Shown here: in pieces, positions 16,165-26,867 of the stretch
Layout: each line of letters opens with the position of its first letter
Position numbering within the stretch: position 1 is the stretch's first letter
NCBI GenBank assembly: GCA_017428485.1
Contig: JAFRQT010000057.1
Span: 22,745 to 86,744, forward strand
DNA length: 64,000 nucleotides
Origin: Bacilli bacterium
GTDB taxonomy: Bacteria; Bacillota_I; Bacilli_A; RF39; UBA660
Reading direction: 5' to 3'
Translations under genes and position numbers: made by a program
Notes under the pieces: generated by a model
Databases searched by the model: none
What the model saw: the letters and a program-made list of their open reading frames with translations, nothing else
What the model was told of the DNA's origin: nothing

Positions 16165-17760
16165 TTAATTATATCCCCTAACTTTTTTAAATGCTAAAGT
16201 TAAATTGTCTTTTCCATCGAATACTTTTCCATTAGTCAAATCAGATATCTCTAATAATTCTCTTTCATCAGCATTACCAAATGTAATACTATATATTGGA
16301 ATTTCCTTATTTATAGATTTATATACTGATTTTAATTCACTAAATGTTCCAACATTTGCTCTACCATCAGTCATTAATATTATTGAAGATACATATTCAT
16401 CACTTTCATTTGATAATATTCTAAGGCCTTTAATTGCTGCAGGATATAAAGCAGTTGATCCACTTAAATCCTGCTCCTCAATCCTATAAATCAAATCCTT
16501 CTTAGTAAGTCCATCAGTTGTTGACCAAGTACCAAGTACATCATTTCCAAAAGGAATAACATCTATTTTATCTTTATTACTAAAACTAATAGTTAAATCA
16601 TTACTACTAAGAATAGTATTCATAGCCTTAGTTAATTCCTCTATTCCATTTCCATACATACTACCAGAATAATCTAAACAAAATACTACATGAATAGGTT
16701 TTCTAAATTCAGTTAAATATAATTCCAAGGCTTCTTTCATTACAGCCATACTTGGATATTTTATTGGTGTTATATATGTTGTAGTATTAATTCCCCAAGA
16801 TGGATTAAATACATCCTTAGGAGCATTGTTGTTAACACCACCATACCAAGTTCTACGCCCATTATTAAGTAAAATCTTTTGTCCTTCTTCACTCAATAAA
16901 TAACCTTGAATATCATCAAATATTTCTTTTTTAGTTTCATTTTTGTTATCTATATAAACAAATGGACTATCAGATATTGCAACGCCATCAACAGGATATA
17001 CTGCATATAATGTTTCTTTACCCTCACTTGCTAATTTTTTATTTATATTAATGATAGAAGATTCATAAGTAAACGCAGCATCATAATCTCCATTTATAAA
17101 TGATGACTCTAAGAAATCTTCATCACCAGATGTTCTTTTTATTCCTTTAAAGAATTGTTTTAATTCTCTTTTTAATTCTGGGTCTTTTAAATGACTTGAT
17201 TTTAATACTTCTGGATTACCTGCTAAATTAGAAAGGATTTCGAAATATGCAGAAGCACCACTATTAGTAGTTAGTGGATTTGCCATACTAAATGTTAATT
17301 CCCCACTTTTAATTTTATTTAAAATATCTTTAGTGTATATTTTTTTATTCTTAAATCCTAAACTTTCTGCCTTAGAATCCTTAATACCAAATATTACAGG
17401 TGTAATACTAGTTGATCTTAAAGAACTTGTTTTAACAGAAGAATCTAAACTACTTAACCAAACAGAATTTGACATAAATATAGCATCATATTTACTACCC
17501 CCATTTAAAGTATCAATAACTTCAAGAGTATCAGCATAATTAATAACAACACTATATCCTTTTTTACGTGCATACTCTTTAATAGATGAATCTAATATTT
17601 TATTTTCACTACTAGATATAATTTTAAATATTTTATCACTATAAGTGTACTCTTCAATATCAGCATCTTCATCAATAATATCATTAATAATGCCAAATAA
17701 TATTACACCAATAATAATGAATAAAAATAATTTACCTTTTTTGCTTTTTCTTTGTTCCAT
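16165..17760 (-). CDS. membrane-anchored SBP-like plus von Willebrand factor A domain protein
   Basis: 531 aa. TM anchor, a PBP-like N-terminal half (ANPLTTNSGASAYF), and a C-terminal vWA domain with MIDAS motif LDYSGSM ... MTDG. Confidence 0.7.
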   Translation of the reverse strand: MEQRKSKKGKLFLFIIIGVILFGIINDIIDEDADIEEYTYSDKIFKIISSSENKILDSSIKEYARKKGYSVVINYADTLEVIDTLNGGSKYDAIFMSNSVWLSSLDSSVKTSSLRSTSITPVIFGIKDSKAESLGFKNKKIYTKDILNKIKSGELTFSMANPLTTNSGASAYFEILSNLAGNPEVLKSSHLKDPELKRELKQFFKGIKRTSGDEDFLESSFINGDYDAAFTYESSIININKKLASEGKETLYAVYPVDGVAISDSPFVYIDNKNETKKEIFDDIQGYLLSEEGQKILLNNGRRTWYGGVNNNAPKDVFNPSWGINTTTYITPIKYPSMAVMKEALELYLTEFRKPIHVVFCLDYSGSMYGNGIEELTKAMNTILSSNDLTISFSNKDKIDVIPFGNDVLGTWSTTDGLTKKDLIYRIEEQDLSGSTALYPAAIKGLRILSNESDEYVSSIILMTDGRANVGTFSELKSVYKSINKEIPIYSITFGNADERELLEISDLTNGKVFDGKDNLTLAFKKVRGYN

Positions 17761-17784
17761 ATATCCTCCTAATTATCCATTAAA

Positions 17785-17813
17785 ATTATACCAAATATAT
17801 ATGTTATATGCAA
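17785..17813 (-). promoter_or_regulatory. putative promoter of the vWA-XpaC-SBP-TelA-AAA operon
   Basis: The minus strand reads TTGCAT-17nt-TGgTATAAT. The SD AGGAGGA lies 4 nt before the ATG at 17760. Confidence 0.45.
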
Positions 17814-17867
17814 TTATTAAAATATATAAAAAGAAGCATTTTTTAATGCCTCTTATTAATTATTTTA

Positions 17868-20468
17868 TTATAGTTGTGCTCTTTTCTTTCTTACTACAAG
17901 GAATGTTACTGTACTTATGATTGCAACTACTAATAATGCAATTACAGGAGTTACAATTCCAGTATTAGCATTAGTACTAGCAGCTTTTGACCATTGAGCA
18001 TATACAGTCATATTTCCTGTGGCTATAACTGATTCTGTGATTTTTCTACCACCAGTTTTAGAAGTAAACCATCCAGCAAAATCATAACCCTTTCTTGAAG
18101 GTTTACACAATTCTCCCCAAGGAGTATTTGCTGGTACTTCTAATGTTGCAGGAGAACAAGCAGTTCCACCATTAGCATCATAAGTTAGGGTATATTTTTC
18201 ACCATTATTCTCAATCCAATGAGCATATAATTTTTCTACACCGATTGCACCGAATGTTACAGAGTCATCATATCTAACTCCACCTTCATCTTCAGTATAC
18301 CATCCATCGAATGTATAACCTTCTCTAGCAACAGTTATGTTAGATAATGCTTCAGCAATAGTTCCAGTTCCAGTTAGTGTAATTTGAAGACTTGAAGAAG
18401 GTTCACCATTATTTGTTAATGATCCACCATTAGCATCAAAAATAACCGTTACATTTGATCCAGCTGCATTTGCTGTTACAGTTGTTTGTGCTTTCAAAGT
18501 ATCTGAAAGTGCTGCAGTTACAGTTGTAGTGCCTGTAGCCTTACAAGCTATATTAACATAATATGATCTATAAAAACTAATACATCTTTCATAAGTAAGT
18601 TCAGTAACACCTGCTGCCCTACATCTTTCAATTGCTTCAGTATCTAATCTTACACAAGCTTCAGTCGAACCAGTACCAGTACATTCTCTTGGTGTCATTA
18701 AGCTTACTGTAGCCACTGAAGTATTACTACTCGTTACAGTAGGACTTGAAGGTGGATTCGATACATTAGCATATCTTACAACTGCTGTTATAGTCTTTCC
18801 AACTTCACATGTATATTTATCATATTCAAATTGAACAATGCCTTCTGGATCAGGAGAAGGTGTACTTCCTGCTTCTACTACTATGGTAGCATTAGCACTA
18901 CCTGTTGATGTTGTAGCGGTAATTACTGTAGTACCAGCACTAACGCCAGTAACAACACCACTACTATTAACTGTAGCTACACTAGGACGACTACTTGCCC
19001 ATGTAACTGTACCACCAGCAGGATTTGTTAACTCGAATGTGAATGTATCTCCTACATTTATAGTTCCACTAGTTGGATTTAATGTCATAGCATTTCCAAT
19101 AACAAAACTCGCTGTTGTTTTAGTAAATTTATAGTTACTACATTTAGCTTGTCCACCTGTAATAGCTTTACAAGTTACTGTTACAGTATAACTTCCTTCA
19201 TCACTAGGAGCTGTTGTTCCTAATGAAGTTCCATCAGACTTTTTATATTCTCTAGTCCATCCAGTAGATGCATTAATTGTTTCACCTTCAACTAATGTTG
19301 CACTTGGAGTCTGTGAATGTTGCTGTCCATCATGTGGAAAAACATTATTGCTCCATTTTACTTCTACACTTTTTGGATCTATTTTACATTTGAATTCTTT
19401 TGTACCACTTCCAGTACCACCCCATCTATATCCGGATTTTAAACTTGCTGTTATAGTATATTCTCCAGCATCTTTTTGATTATATCCGCTTAATGTCCAT
19501 CCAGTTCCACTAGTTGAAGATACTATTTGCTGTTCAGCACCAGTGTACACAAGATTAGGTTTACATAATTTATCAGCTGTAACATCATTTTCATCGGCAC
19601 TTGAATAAGATTGAGCAGCAGTAACAGTTAATGTTCCTTTTGCCTTGCCAATACTATAGTTAGTACGTTTACCACTTGTAAATTTAACTTCTTTTATTGT
19701 TTTATCACTACTTCCTACATTTGTTTGGCTACCTTCACAAACGCATGATATTTCATCGCTGCCTTTTAAGCCAGACGCAGTACAATTATTATCGGCTGTT
19801 AAAGGAGTACCATCATAAGTTTTACTTTGATCAGTAGCTGTCACTGTAAGAGTAGTAGGCAATATTGTACATGTCAAATCTATAGTATTTGAACCACCTT
19901 CAAATGTATAATTAGAGTCAGCCTCTGCAGTAACTGTATAAGTATCTGCGTCAGTTTGACTATTGTTTTTGTATGATACATGACTACCACCACTTACTAA
20001 AGTTTGAGGCTCACCAGTGTAAGATACTGTATTACAACTACCAACAACAGCACGATTGCTCACTGGATTCCAACCTTGTGGACAACCACCAGAAAATGAA
20101 CCATAACATATGCCATCGTCTACTGTACCGGAATCACCACATGAATATGATGAAATAATTAATGTTCCTGTCCCCTGCGTCCATCCAGTAGCAGAGTGAG
20201 CTGTACAAGCCTCAAGACAAGTTTTATATGTAGTTGCAGTATCAGAAAAATTTAATGTTTCTGCTTCTACGCATGTTTCCGTTGCTGTATTGCAAGAACA
20301 AACACAAGAACCCTTATATAAAGGAGTTGCAGGTTTCGTACACGAAACAGTTGCTGCCTTTACCCTTTCCATTGAATTTTTATTACCATAAGTAAAATAC
20401 AAAGTTGAACATATTAATATTGCAAACAAAAAGATTGGCAATATTAATTTTTTAAAAATTGTTTTCAT
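17868..20468 (-). CDS. large cell-surface protein (Cys-rich N-terminus, MBG/YDG repeats, Big_2 Ig-like domain, Listeria-Bacteroides repeats, NxxTG anchor)
   Basis: 866 aa with a signal peptide. Contains KTYDGTPLTA MBG-type repeats, VTWASSRPSVATVNSSGVVTGVSAGTTVITAT (Big_2), and two GY(T/D)F(D/A)GW(Y/F)T repeats. The C-terminus is NANTG, then a TM helix, then RKKRAQL. Confidence 0.8.
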   Translation of the reverse strand: MKTIFKKLILPIFLFAILICSTLYFTYGNKNSMERVKAATVSCTKPATPLYKGSCVCSCNTATETCVEAETLNFSDTATTYKTCLEACTAHSATGWTQGTGTLIISSYSCGDSGTVDDGICYGSFSGGCPQGWNPVSNRAVVGSCNTVSYTGEPQTLVSGGSHVSYKNNSQTDADTYTVTAEADSNYTFEGGSNTIDLTCTILPTTLTVTATDQSKTYDGTPLTADNNCTASGLKGSDEISCVCEGSQTNVGSSDKTIKEVKFTSGKRTNYSIGKAKGTLTVTAAQSYSSADENDVTADKLCKPNLVYTGAEQQIVSSTSGTGWTLSGYNQKDAGEYTITASLKSGYRWGGTGSGTKEFKCKIDPKSVEVKWSNNVFPHDGQQHSQTPSATLVEGETINASTGWTREYKKSDGTSLGTTAPSDEGSYTVTVTCKAITGGQAKCSNYKFTKTTASFVIGNAMTLNPTSGTINVGDTFTFELTNPAGGTVTWASSRPSVATVNSSGVVTGVSAGTTVITATTSTGSANATIVVEAGSTPSPDPEGIVQFEYDKYTCEVGKTITAVVRYANVSNPPSSPTVTSSNTSVATVSLMTPRECTGTGSTEACVRLDTEAIERCRAAGVTELTYERCISFYRSYYVNIACKATGTTTVTAALSDTLKAQTTVTANAAGSNVTVIFDANGGSLTNNGEPSSSLQITLTGTGTIAEALSNITVAREGYTFDGWYTEDEGGVRYDDSVTFGAIGVEKLYAHWIENNGEKYTLTYDANGGTACSPATLEVPANTPWGELCKPSRKGYDFAGWFTSKTGGRKITESVIATGNMTVYAQWSKAASTNANTGIVTPVIALLVVAIISTVTFLVVRKKRAQL

Positions 20469-20573
20469 AGATATCTCTCCTTATTATCTATATATAATTT
20501 TAGATTAAAAAATTATAAGTGTCAATCCTTTATGTAAATTTTTGTAAAATAAAAAAGACTTTTTACAAAGCCT

Positions 20574-22517
20574 TTATTCTAAATTAATATTTTTATTTTT
20601 AATGAACATATATACTGCAAAGCTTGCTATAGTGATTAACATTAATCCTATTACAGGAGTTGCTATTCCTGTTAATGGATTAATTATTGCTTTTTGTTTC
20701 CATTGAGCATATACGATTAAATTATCTTCTGCTCTAGAATTTTCTGTTATTTTTTTACCACCAGTTTTAGAAGTGAACCATCCAACAAAATCATATCCTT
20801 CTCTTGTAGGTGTACACAATTCTCCCCAAGTTGATATTACTATTTGTTTGGTAATAGAATTGGGTGAGCATGCAGTTCCTCCATTACTATCAAAAGTTAA
20901 TGTTACAGGTGCTGGACCTTCAATAGGATTATCATATATAGAAGACCCTACAGCTTCTACTTCTATGGTTGTACTGACAGCATCATCTCCAGTACCATAT
21001 GATACTGCTATAATTGCTGTTCCACCTAATGGTGATGCTTTTTTAACTAATCCTTTATCTACTGTAAATATGCTTTCATCACTACTTGTCCATGTTGCTG
21101 TATCTGTTACATCTTGTGGTGGAAGTGTTCCATAAACGGCTGACGCTCTTAACTGAGTTTGACCTTCAACAGTTATTCTTTCTGGTAATGTACTATTATC
21201 ATCTGCTGAAAGTTCGATACGCCATGCAGTTTTTCTTATTGTTATAGTCATTCTATCAGTATAAGTATTTCCGTCATAAACTAATCTAGCATTAATACTT
21301 GTACTACCTATAGCTAAGTAGTTTATGTTGATTTTTGCCATTCCACCTGAAGTGTCATTTATTTCTACATTTGATATTTTAGCAATATTTTCGTTTTCAA
21401 TATTGAATTCTACATTTTCTAATTCAGAGTTAGGAATATTTCTAAGTCTCAATCTTACAACTCCACTGCCATTTCCTAATATATGATAAACTTCGGGTAC
21501 CATATGCTTTTCAACGAATTCTATTGATTTTTCTGTATTTGTTGAACTAACTTCTACAGTTGCTGATCTTTCAATTCCATTGGCACTTACAGATACTGTT
21601 GTTCTACCAGAAGATAAACAATTAACTCGAACATACCTACACCCCACACAGGTTGGTTGTAATTCCGGATTAAGTTCAATAGTTGCTATTGAAGAATTTC
21701 CACTTGCATATATAAAGTCAGATGATTGCAATAATGAATATTTTACCATTAAAATTTTTTGCTCTCCAACGTTACATGTTACATCATCTGTCATTGAAAT
21801 ATATGGCTTTACAGTTATTGTTGATGTTGCATTATGTGTACCATCTGATGCTGTTGCCGTGATAACTGCTGTTCCAGCTGCTAATCCTCTAACCAATCCA
21901 TTAGAATCAACAGATGCAATTAATGGATTATTTGATGTCCATGTTACACTCTTATCTTCCACTTCTGCAGGAGTAACAGTAGCTGTTAATTGGACAGTTT
22001 CATCAACTTCAATTTCTTCACTAGAGGGGTTTAGGGTTACACCTGTAATTGCACTAGGAGCATAATCGATAGTTAACCTAGCACTTCCCCTAGCCACAAC
22101 TTCACATGGATCCCATGGATAATAACATGTTGTTTCACCAGTATATGTATATGCATTAACATTTAAATCGAAACTACTACCTGGATTATTACATGTAATT
22201 CTTAATTCAATGCATTTAGAATCATCTAAAGTATGCACATTACGACAAGCATTTCCCCCATCATTTATTGCAGTTGTAACATCATTATTAAAACTAGTAT
22301 ATTTTAAATCAGTAAATTGATATGTATCTGGAGAACCTTCATAATCAGAAGCATGAATAACGAAATAAGTTTCAATAGTTTCTCCTTCAACACATGTATA
22401 ACTGTCTTTCTCTAAAGTAATTGTAAAATTATCCGCTTTTACATTTTCAGCAAATAAACTTATAAATAAAAATGCACTAATTATTGTTAAAACTACTATT
22501 TTAAATTGTTTTTTCAT
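20574..22517 (-). CDS. cell-surface protein (Big_2 Ig-like domains, Listeria-Bacteroides repeat, NPLTG anchor)
   Basis: 647 aa with a signal peptide. Contains VTWTSNNPLIASVDSNGLVRGLAAGTAVITATA (Big_2) and GYDFVGWFTSKTGG. The C-terminus is NPLTG, then a TM helix, then KNKN. Confidence 0.8.
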   Translation of the reverse strand: MKKQFKIVVLTIISAFLFISLFAENVKADNFTITLEKDSYTCVEGETIETYFVIHASDYEGSPDTYQFTDLKYTSFNNDVTTAINDGGNACRNVHTLDDSKCIELRITCNNPGSSFDLNVNAYTYTGETTCYYPWDPCEVVARGSARLTIDYAPSAITGVTLNPSSEEIEVDETVQLTATVTPAEVEDKSVTWTSNNPLIASVDSNGLVRGLAAGTAVITATASDGTHNATSTITVKPYISMTDDVTCNVGEQKILMVKYSLLQSSDFIYASGNSSIATIELNPELQPTCVGCRYVRVNCLSSGRTTVSVSANGIERSATVEVSSTNTEKSIEFVEKHMVPEVYHILGNGSGVVRLRLRNIPNSELENVEFNIENENIAKISNVEINDTSGGMAKININYLAIGSTSINARLVYDGNTYTDRMTITIRKTAWRIELSADDNSTLPERITVEGQTQLRASAVYGTLPPQDVTDTATWTSSDESIFTVDKGLVKKASPLGGTAIIAVSYGTGDDAVSTTIEVEAVGSSIYDNPIEGPAPVTLTFDSNGGTACSPNSITKQIVISTWGELCTPTREGYDFVGWFTSKTGGKKITENSRAEDNLIVYAQWKQKAIINPLTGIATPVIGLMLITIASFAVYMFIKNKNINLE

Positions 22518-22616
22518 TAACCTTCATTCCTCTCTACACTACACATTTATTATAATAGATTTCTCTTATTAAATCAATACATATCTTTTTTTTAAAAAGA
22601 CTTTATATAAAGCCTT

Positions 22617-22856
22617 TTATTCTAAATTCATATTTTTATTTTTAATGAACATATATACTGCAAAGCTTGCTATAGTGATTAACATTAATCCTATTACAGG
22701 AGTTGCTATTCCTGTTAATGGATTAATTATTGCTTTTTGTTTCCATTGAGCATATATGATTAAATTATCTTCCGCTCTAGAATTTTCTGTTATTTTTTTA
22801 CCACCAGTTTTAGAAGTGAACCATCCAGCAAAATCATATCCCTCTCTTGTAGGCAT
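22617..22856 (-). pseudogene. 5'-truncated paralog of the surface-protein C-terminus
   Basis: About 245 bp, roughly 97% identical by eye to 20574..20815, including the stop codon and the downstream terminator-like hairpin. Similarity ends abruptly at ~22856. There is no signal peptide, SD or upstream coding sequence. Confidence 0.75.
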
Positions 22857-22980
22857 ACATATTAATAAAAAAATGCTATTATCTTAAATTTTTCATGTAT
22901 TTTACCTACTTTCTCTATTATAGAGATACAACCATCTAAATATCATGTCAAAATATATGTTGGTTTTTTACGTCAAAATA

Positions 22981-23010
22981 AAAAGACTTTTTACAAAGTC
23001 TTTTATATTT
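22981..23010 (-). terminator. Rho-independent terminator after tuf
   Basis: Hairpin aaaagacttt-ttac-aaagtctttt with T and A runs on both sides. Confidence 0.7.
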
Positions 23011-23015
23011 TTTTA

Positions 23016-24185
23016 TTATCCTAAGATTTCAGTAACTTTTCCAGCTCCAACAGTTCTACCACCTTCACGAATTGAGAAACTTGTTCCGTTTTCAATTGCG
23101 ATTGGAGTGATTAATTCAACTGTCATATCAACATTGTCACCAGGCATAACCATTTCAGTACCTTCTGGTAATGTAATTACACCAGTAACATCAGTTGTTC
23201 TGAAATAGAATTGAGGTCTATAGTTACTAAAGAATGGAGTATGACGTCCACCTTCTTCTTTAGATAGAACATAAACGCTAGCTTTGAATTTCTTATGTGG
23301 TGTGATAGTTCCTGGTTTGCAAAGAACTTGTCCTCTTTCAACATCTTCTCTGTTAATACCACGAAGTAAAACTCCAGCATTATCTCCAGCTTCAGCATAA
23401 TCTAAAGATTTTCTGAACATTTCAATTCCTGTAACTACTGTCTTTCTTGTATCTCTAATTCCTACGATTTCAACTTCGTCATTAAGATTTAATTTACCTC
23501 TTTCAACACGACCTGTAACAACAGTTCCACGTCCTGTGATAGTAAATACATCTTCAATACTCATTAAGAATGGTTTTTCAGTATCACGAACTGGAGTATC
23601 AATCCATGAATCAACTGCAGCCATAAGATCCTTAATTGGTTGAACATAAGCTTCATCACCTTCAAGAGCCTTAAGAGCAGAACCACGAATAACTGGAGTA
23701 TTGTCTCCATCAAATCCGTATTCAGTTAATAATTCACGAACTTCCATTTCTACTAAATCTAAAAGTTCAGCATCATCAACCATATCACATTTGTTGATAA
23801 ATACTACCATTTTTGGAACACCAACTTGACGAGCAAGTAAGATATGTTCACGAGTTTGAGGCATTGGTCCATCTGTTGCACTAACAACTAAGATAGCACC
23901 ATCCATTTGAGCAGCACCTGTGATCATGTTTTTAACGTAATCAGCATGTCCTGGGCAGTCTACGTGAGCATAGTGACGTTTGTCAGTACTATATTCAACG
24001 TGAGCAGTATTAATTGTAATACCTCTTGCTTTCTCTTCTGGAGCTTTATCAATTTGGTCATAAGCCATGAATTCTCCGAAGTATTTAGTAATTGCAGCTG
24101 TTAATGTTGTTTTACCATGGTCAACGTGTCCAATAGTACCAATATTAACATGTTCTTTAGAACGATCGAATTTTTGTTTTGCCAT
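23016..24185 (-). CDS. tuf: elongation factor Tu
   Basis: 389 aa with [18 protein letters not shown] and NKCD motifs. Unmistakable EF-Tu. Confidence 0.98.
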   Translation of the reverse strand: MAKQKFDRSKEHVNIGTIGHVDHGKTTLTAAITKYFGEFMAYDQIDKAPEEKARGITINTAHVEYSTDKRHYAHVDCPGHADYVKNMITGAAQMDGAILVVSATDGPMPQTREHILLARQVGVPKMVVFINKCDMVDDAELLDLVEMEVRELLTEYGFDGDNTPVIRGSALKALEGDEAYVQPIKDLMAAVDSWIDTPVRDTEKPFLMSIEDVFTITGRGTVVTGRVERGKLNLNDEVEIVGIRDTRKTVVTGIEMFRKSLDYAEAGDNAGVLLRGINREDVERGQVLCKPGTITPHKKFKASVYVLSKEEGGRHTPFFSNYRPQFYFRTTDVTGVITLPEGTEMVMPGDNVDMTVELITPIAIENGTSFSIREGGRTVGAGKVTEILG

Positions 24186-24277
24186 TTTTATTTCCTCCTT
24201 TTTTCAACATAAATATATTTTATCTAATACTTGAAAATATTTCAAGTATAAATAACATTTTTGGCAAAAGTATACTT

Positions 24278-26350
24278 TTATTGTACACCATTTCTCTTAA
24301 TAATTGTTTCAGCAATATTCTTTGGTACTTCTTCATAATGATCAAAAATCATTTGATAAGTTCCACGTCCTTGAGTATTGCTTCTTAAAACTGTCATGTA
24401 ACCAAACATTTCTGAAAGTGGTACCATTGCTCTTATATTGATATCTTTACCAATAGCTTCATTTCCAAGTGGTTTACCACGTCTACCTGTTAAGTCACCC
24501 ATAACAGTACCCATGAATTCTTCTGGAACTCTAACATCAACTAACATGATAGGTTCTAGTAAACATGGATTACATTTATTTTTAGCTTCTTTTAAAGCCA
24601 TAGATGCAGCAATTTTAAATGCCATTTCATTTGAGTCTACATCATGATAAGATCCATCAAATAATGTACACTTAACATCTATCATAGGATATCCTGCTAG
24701 TACACCACCAGCAAGTGCTTCTTGAAGTCCTTTGTCTACAACTGGAATATATTCTCTTGGAACTACTCCACCAACAACTTCATCAACAAACTCATATCCC
24801 TTATCAGGATTTGGTTCAAATTTAACCCAAACATGTCCGTATTGTCCACGTCCACCTGATTGTTTAATATATTTACCTTCACATTCAGCTGATTGTTTTA
24901 ATGTTTCACGATAAGCAACTTGTGGTTTACCAACATTTGCTTCAACATTAAATTCTCTTCTCATTCTATCAACTAGAACGTCTAAGTGAAGTTCACCCAT
25001 ACCAGCAATAATAGTTTGGCCAGTTTCATGATCAGTTTTTGCTCTAAATGATGGGTCTTCTTTAGCTAATTTTTGAAGTGCTAAGCTCATCTTTTCTTGA
25101 TCAGCTTTTGATTTTGGTTCAATAGCAAGTTCAATAACTGGTTCTGGGAATACCATCTTTTCTAAGATTACTTGATTCTTTTCATCGCAAAGTGTATCTC
25201 CAGTAGTAGTATCTTTTAATCCTACTGCAGCCGCTATTTCACCAGCATATACTTCAGAAATTTCTTTTCTTTGATTAGCATGCATTTGAAGAATACGTCC
25301 GATTCTTTCTTTTTCACCATTAGTTGAGTTCATTACATAACTTCCACTCTTTAGTACACCAGAGTATACACGGAAGAAAGTTAAGTTTCCAACAAATGGG
25401 TCATTCATAACTTTAAATGCTAAAGCTGAGAATGGTTCATTATCACTAGCTTTTCTTTCAACAGGCTTATCATTCATGTCAACTCCCTTAACAGCTTCGA
25501 TATCTGTAGGTGCTGGTAAGTAATCAATAACAGCATCAAGCATAGCTCTTGTACCTTTATCATCTAATGCATCAGCACATAAGATTGGGAAGAATTTAAC
25601 ATCAATTGTAGCTTTTCTAATTGCAGACTTTAATAATTCAGCAGTAACTTCATTACCTTCTAAGTAAGTTTCCATTAACTCATCACTATAGTCAGCAACA
25701 GCATTAATTAATTTATCTCTATATTCTTCTGCCTTATCTTTCATATCAGCAGGAATTTCTATTTCAGATAATTCTTGTTCTTTAGTACCATCATACTTGT
25801 ATGCCTTCATTGTAACTAAATCTACATATCCAGTAAAATGATCTTCTGCTCCGATTGGTAACATAATAGGTTCTGCATTATTAGCAAGTCTATTATGAAT
25901 TGAATCTAATGAATAATAGAAATCAGCTCCTATTTTAGTCATTTTATTAGCACAAATCATTCTTGGTACCATGTAATCATTTGCTTGTCTCCAAACTTGT
26001 TCAGTTTGAGTTTCTACACCAGCTTGAGCATCTATTAAAGCAATAGCTCCATCAAGTACTCTTAAACTACGAGCAACTTCAATTGTAAAGTCTACGTGTC
26101 CTGGTGTATCGATTATATTAAGTCTATAACCTTTCCAGTGTACAGTAGTTGCAGCACTAGTAATAGTTATACCTCTTTCTTTTTCTTGATCCATCCAGTC
26201 CATTTGGCTTTCACCATCATGTGTTTCACCAATTTTATGGATGTTTCCACCTAGGTATAGGATTCTCTCAGTTGTTGTTGTTTTACCAGCATCAATGTGA
26301 GCCATAATTCCTATATTACGTGTTTTATCTATTGATACATCACGTGCCAT
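24278..26350 (-). CDS. fusA: elongation factor G
   Basis: 690 aa with [12 protein letters not shown] and DTPGHVDF. Sits in str operon order. Confidence 0.98.
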   Translation of the reverse strand: MARDVSIDKTRNIGIMAHIDAGKTTTTERILYLGGNIHKIGETHDGESQMDWMDQEKERGITITSAATTVHWKGYRLNIIDTPGHVDFTIEVARSLRVLDGAIALIDAQAGVETQTEQVWRQANDYMVPRMICANKMTKIGADFYYSLDSIHNRLANNAEPIMLPIGAEDHFTGYVDLVTMKAYKYDGTKEQELSEIEIPADMKDKAEEYRDKLINAVADYSDELMETYLEGNEVTAELLKSAIRKATIDVKFFPILCADALDDKGTRAMLDAVIDYLPAPTDIEAVKGVDMNDKPVERKASDNEPFSALAFKVMNDPFVGNLTFFRVYSGVLKSGSYVMNSTNGEKERIGRILQMHANQRKEISEVYAGEIAAAVGLKDTTTGDTLCDEKNQVILEKMVFPEPVIELAIEPKSKADQEKMSLALQKLAKEDPSFRAKTDHETGQTIIAGMGELHLDVLVDRMRREFNVEANVGKPQVAYRETLKQSAECEGKYIKQSGGRGQYGHVWVKFEPNPDKGYEFVDEVVGGVVPREYIPVVDKGLQEALAGGVLAGYPMIDVKCTLFDGSYHDVDSNEMAFKIAASMALKEAKNKCNPCLLEPIMLVDVRVPEEFMGTVMGDLTGRRGKPLGNEAIGKDINIRAMVPLSEMFGYMTVLRSNTQGRGTYQMIFDHYEEVPKNIAETIIKRNGVQ

Positions 26351-26366
26351 ATACTAGTCTCCCTTC

Positions 26367-26834
26367 TTACCATCTATAATGAGCATATGCCTTATTAGCT
26401 TCTGCCATCTTATGAGTATCTTCACGCTTTTTAACTGCTCCACCTACTCCGTTTGAAGCATCTATAATTTCAGCAGCTAGATTTTCTGCCATCCCTTTTC
26501 CTTTTCTAGTTTTTGCATATTGAATTAACCAACGAAGAGTAAGTGCATTAGCTCTATCTTCTCTAACTTCAGTTGGAACTGAATAGTTGCTTCCACCAAT
26601 ACGTCTACTTCTAATTTCTAAAGCTGGTTTAATGTTTTCAAATGCTTTATTTAAAACTTCTATAGGATCTTGTTTTGTTTTTTCTTTAACTATATCAAGA
26701 GCACTATATAATATTTTTTGAGCAGTACCTTTTTTACCACCAATCATGATTCCATTGATAAGTTTAGTAATCATTTTAGAATTGTATATAGGATCTGCTA
26801 AAACATCTCTTTTAATTGCTTGTCTCTTACGCAT
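26367..26834 (-). CDS. rpsG: 30S ribosomal protein S7
   Basis: 155 aa ending [14 protein letters not shown]. Confidence 0.97.
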   Translation of the reverse strand: MRKRQAIKRDVLADPIYNSKMITKLINGIMIGGKKGTAQKILYSALDIVKEKTKQDPIEVLNKAFENIKPALEIRSRRIGGSNYSVPTEVREDRANALTLRWLIQYAKTRKGKGMAENLAAEIIDASNGVGGAVKKREDTHKMAEANKAYAHYRW

Positions 26835-26867
26835 GTTTATTTATCTCCTTTCTTAAAGTATTATTTT

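Noticed and set aside
18838-22065. Plus-strand track ORFs of 98-161 aa inside the surface-protein genes (18838-19134, 20773-21135, 21580-22065). The same applies to similar antisense ORFs elsewhere (e.g. 13880-14158, 16205-16489, 6653-6898, 36128-36352).
   Set aside because: They are shadow ORFs opposite long, well-supported genes. They have low-complexity composition and no SD.
1296-23010. Recurrent aaagact...agtcttt hairpins (1296, 11611, 20551, 22597, 22981) looked like a possible REP/MITE-like dispersed repeat.
   Set aside because: Each one sits exactly at a gene end with flanking A/T runs. They are short, generic intrinsic terminators, and only the three near the surface-protein genes are related by duplication.
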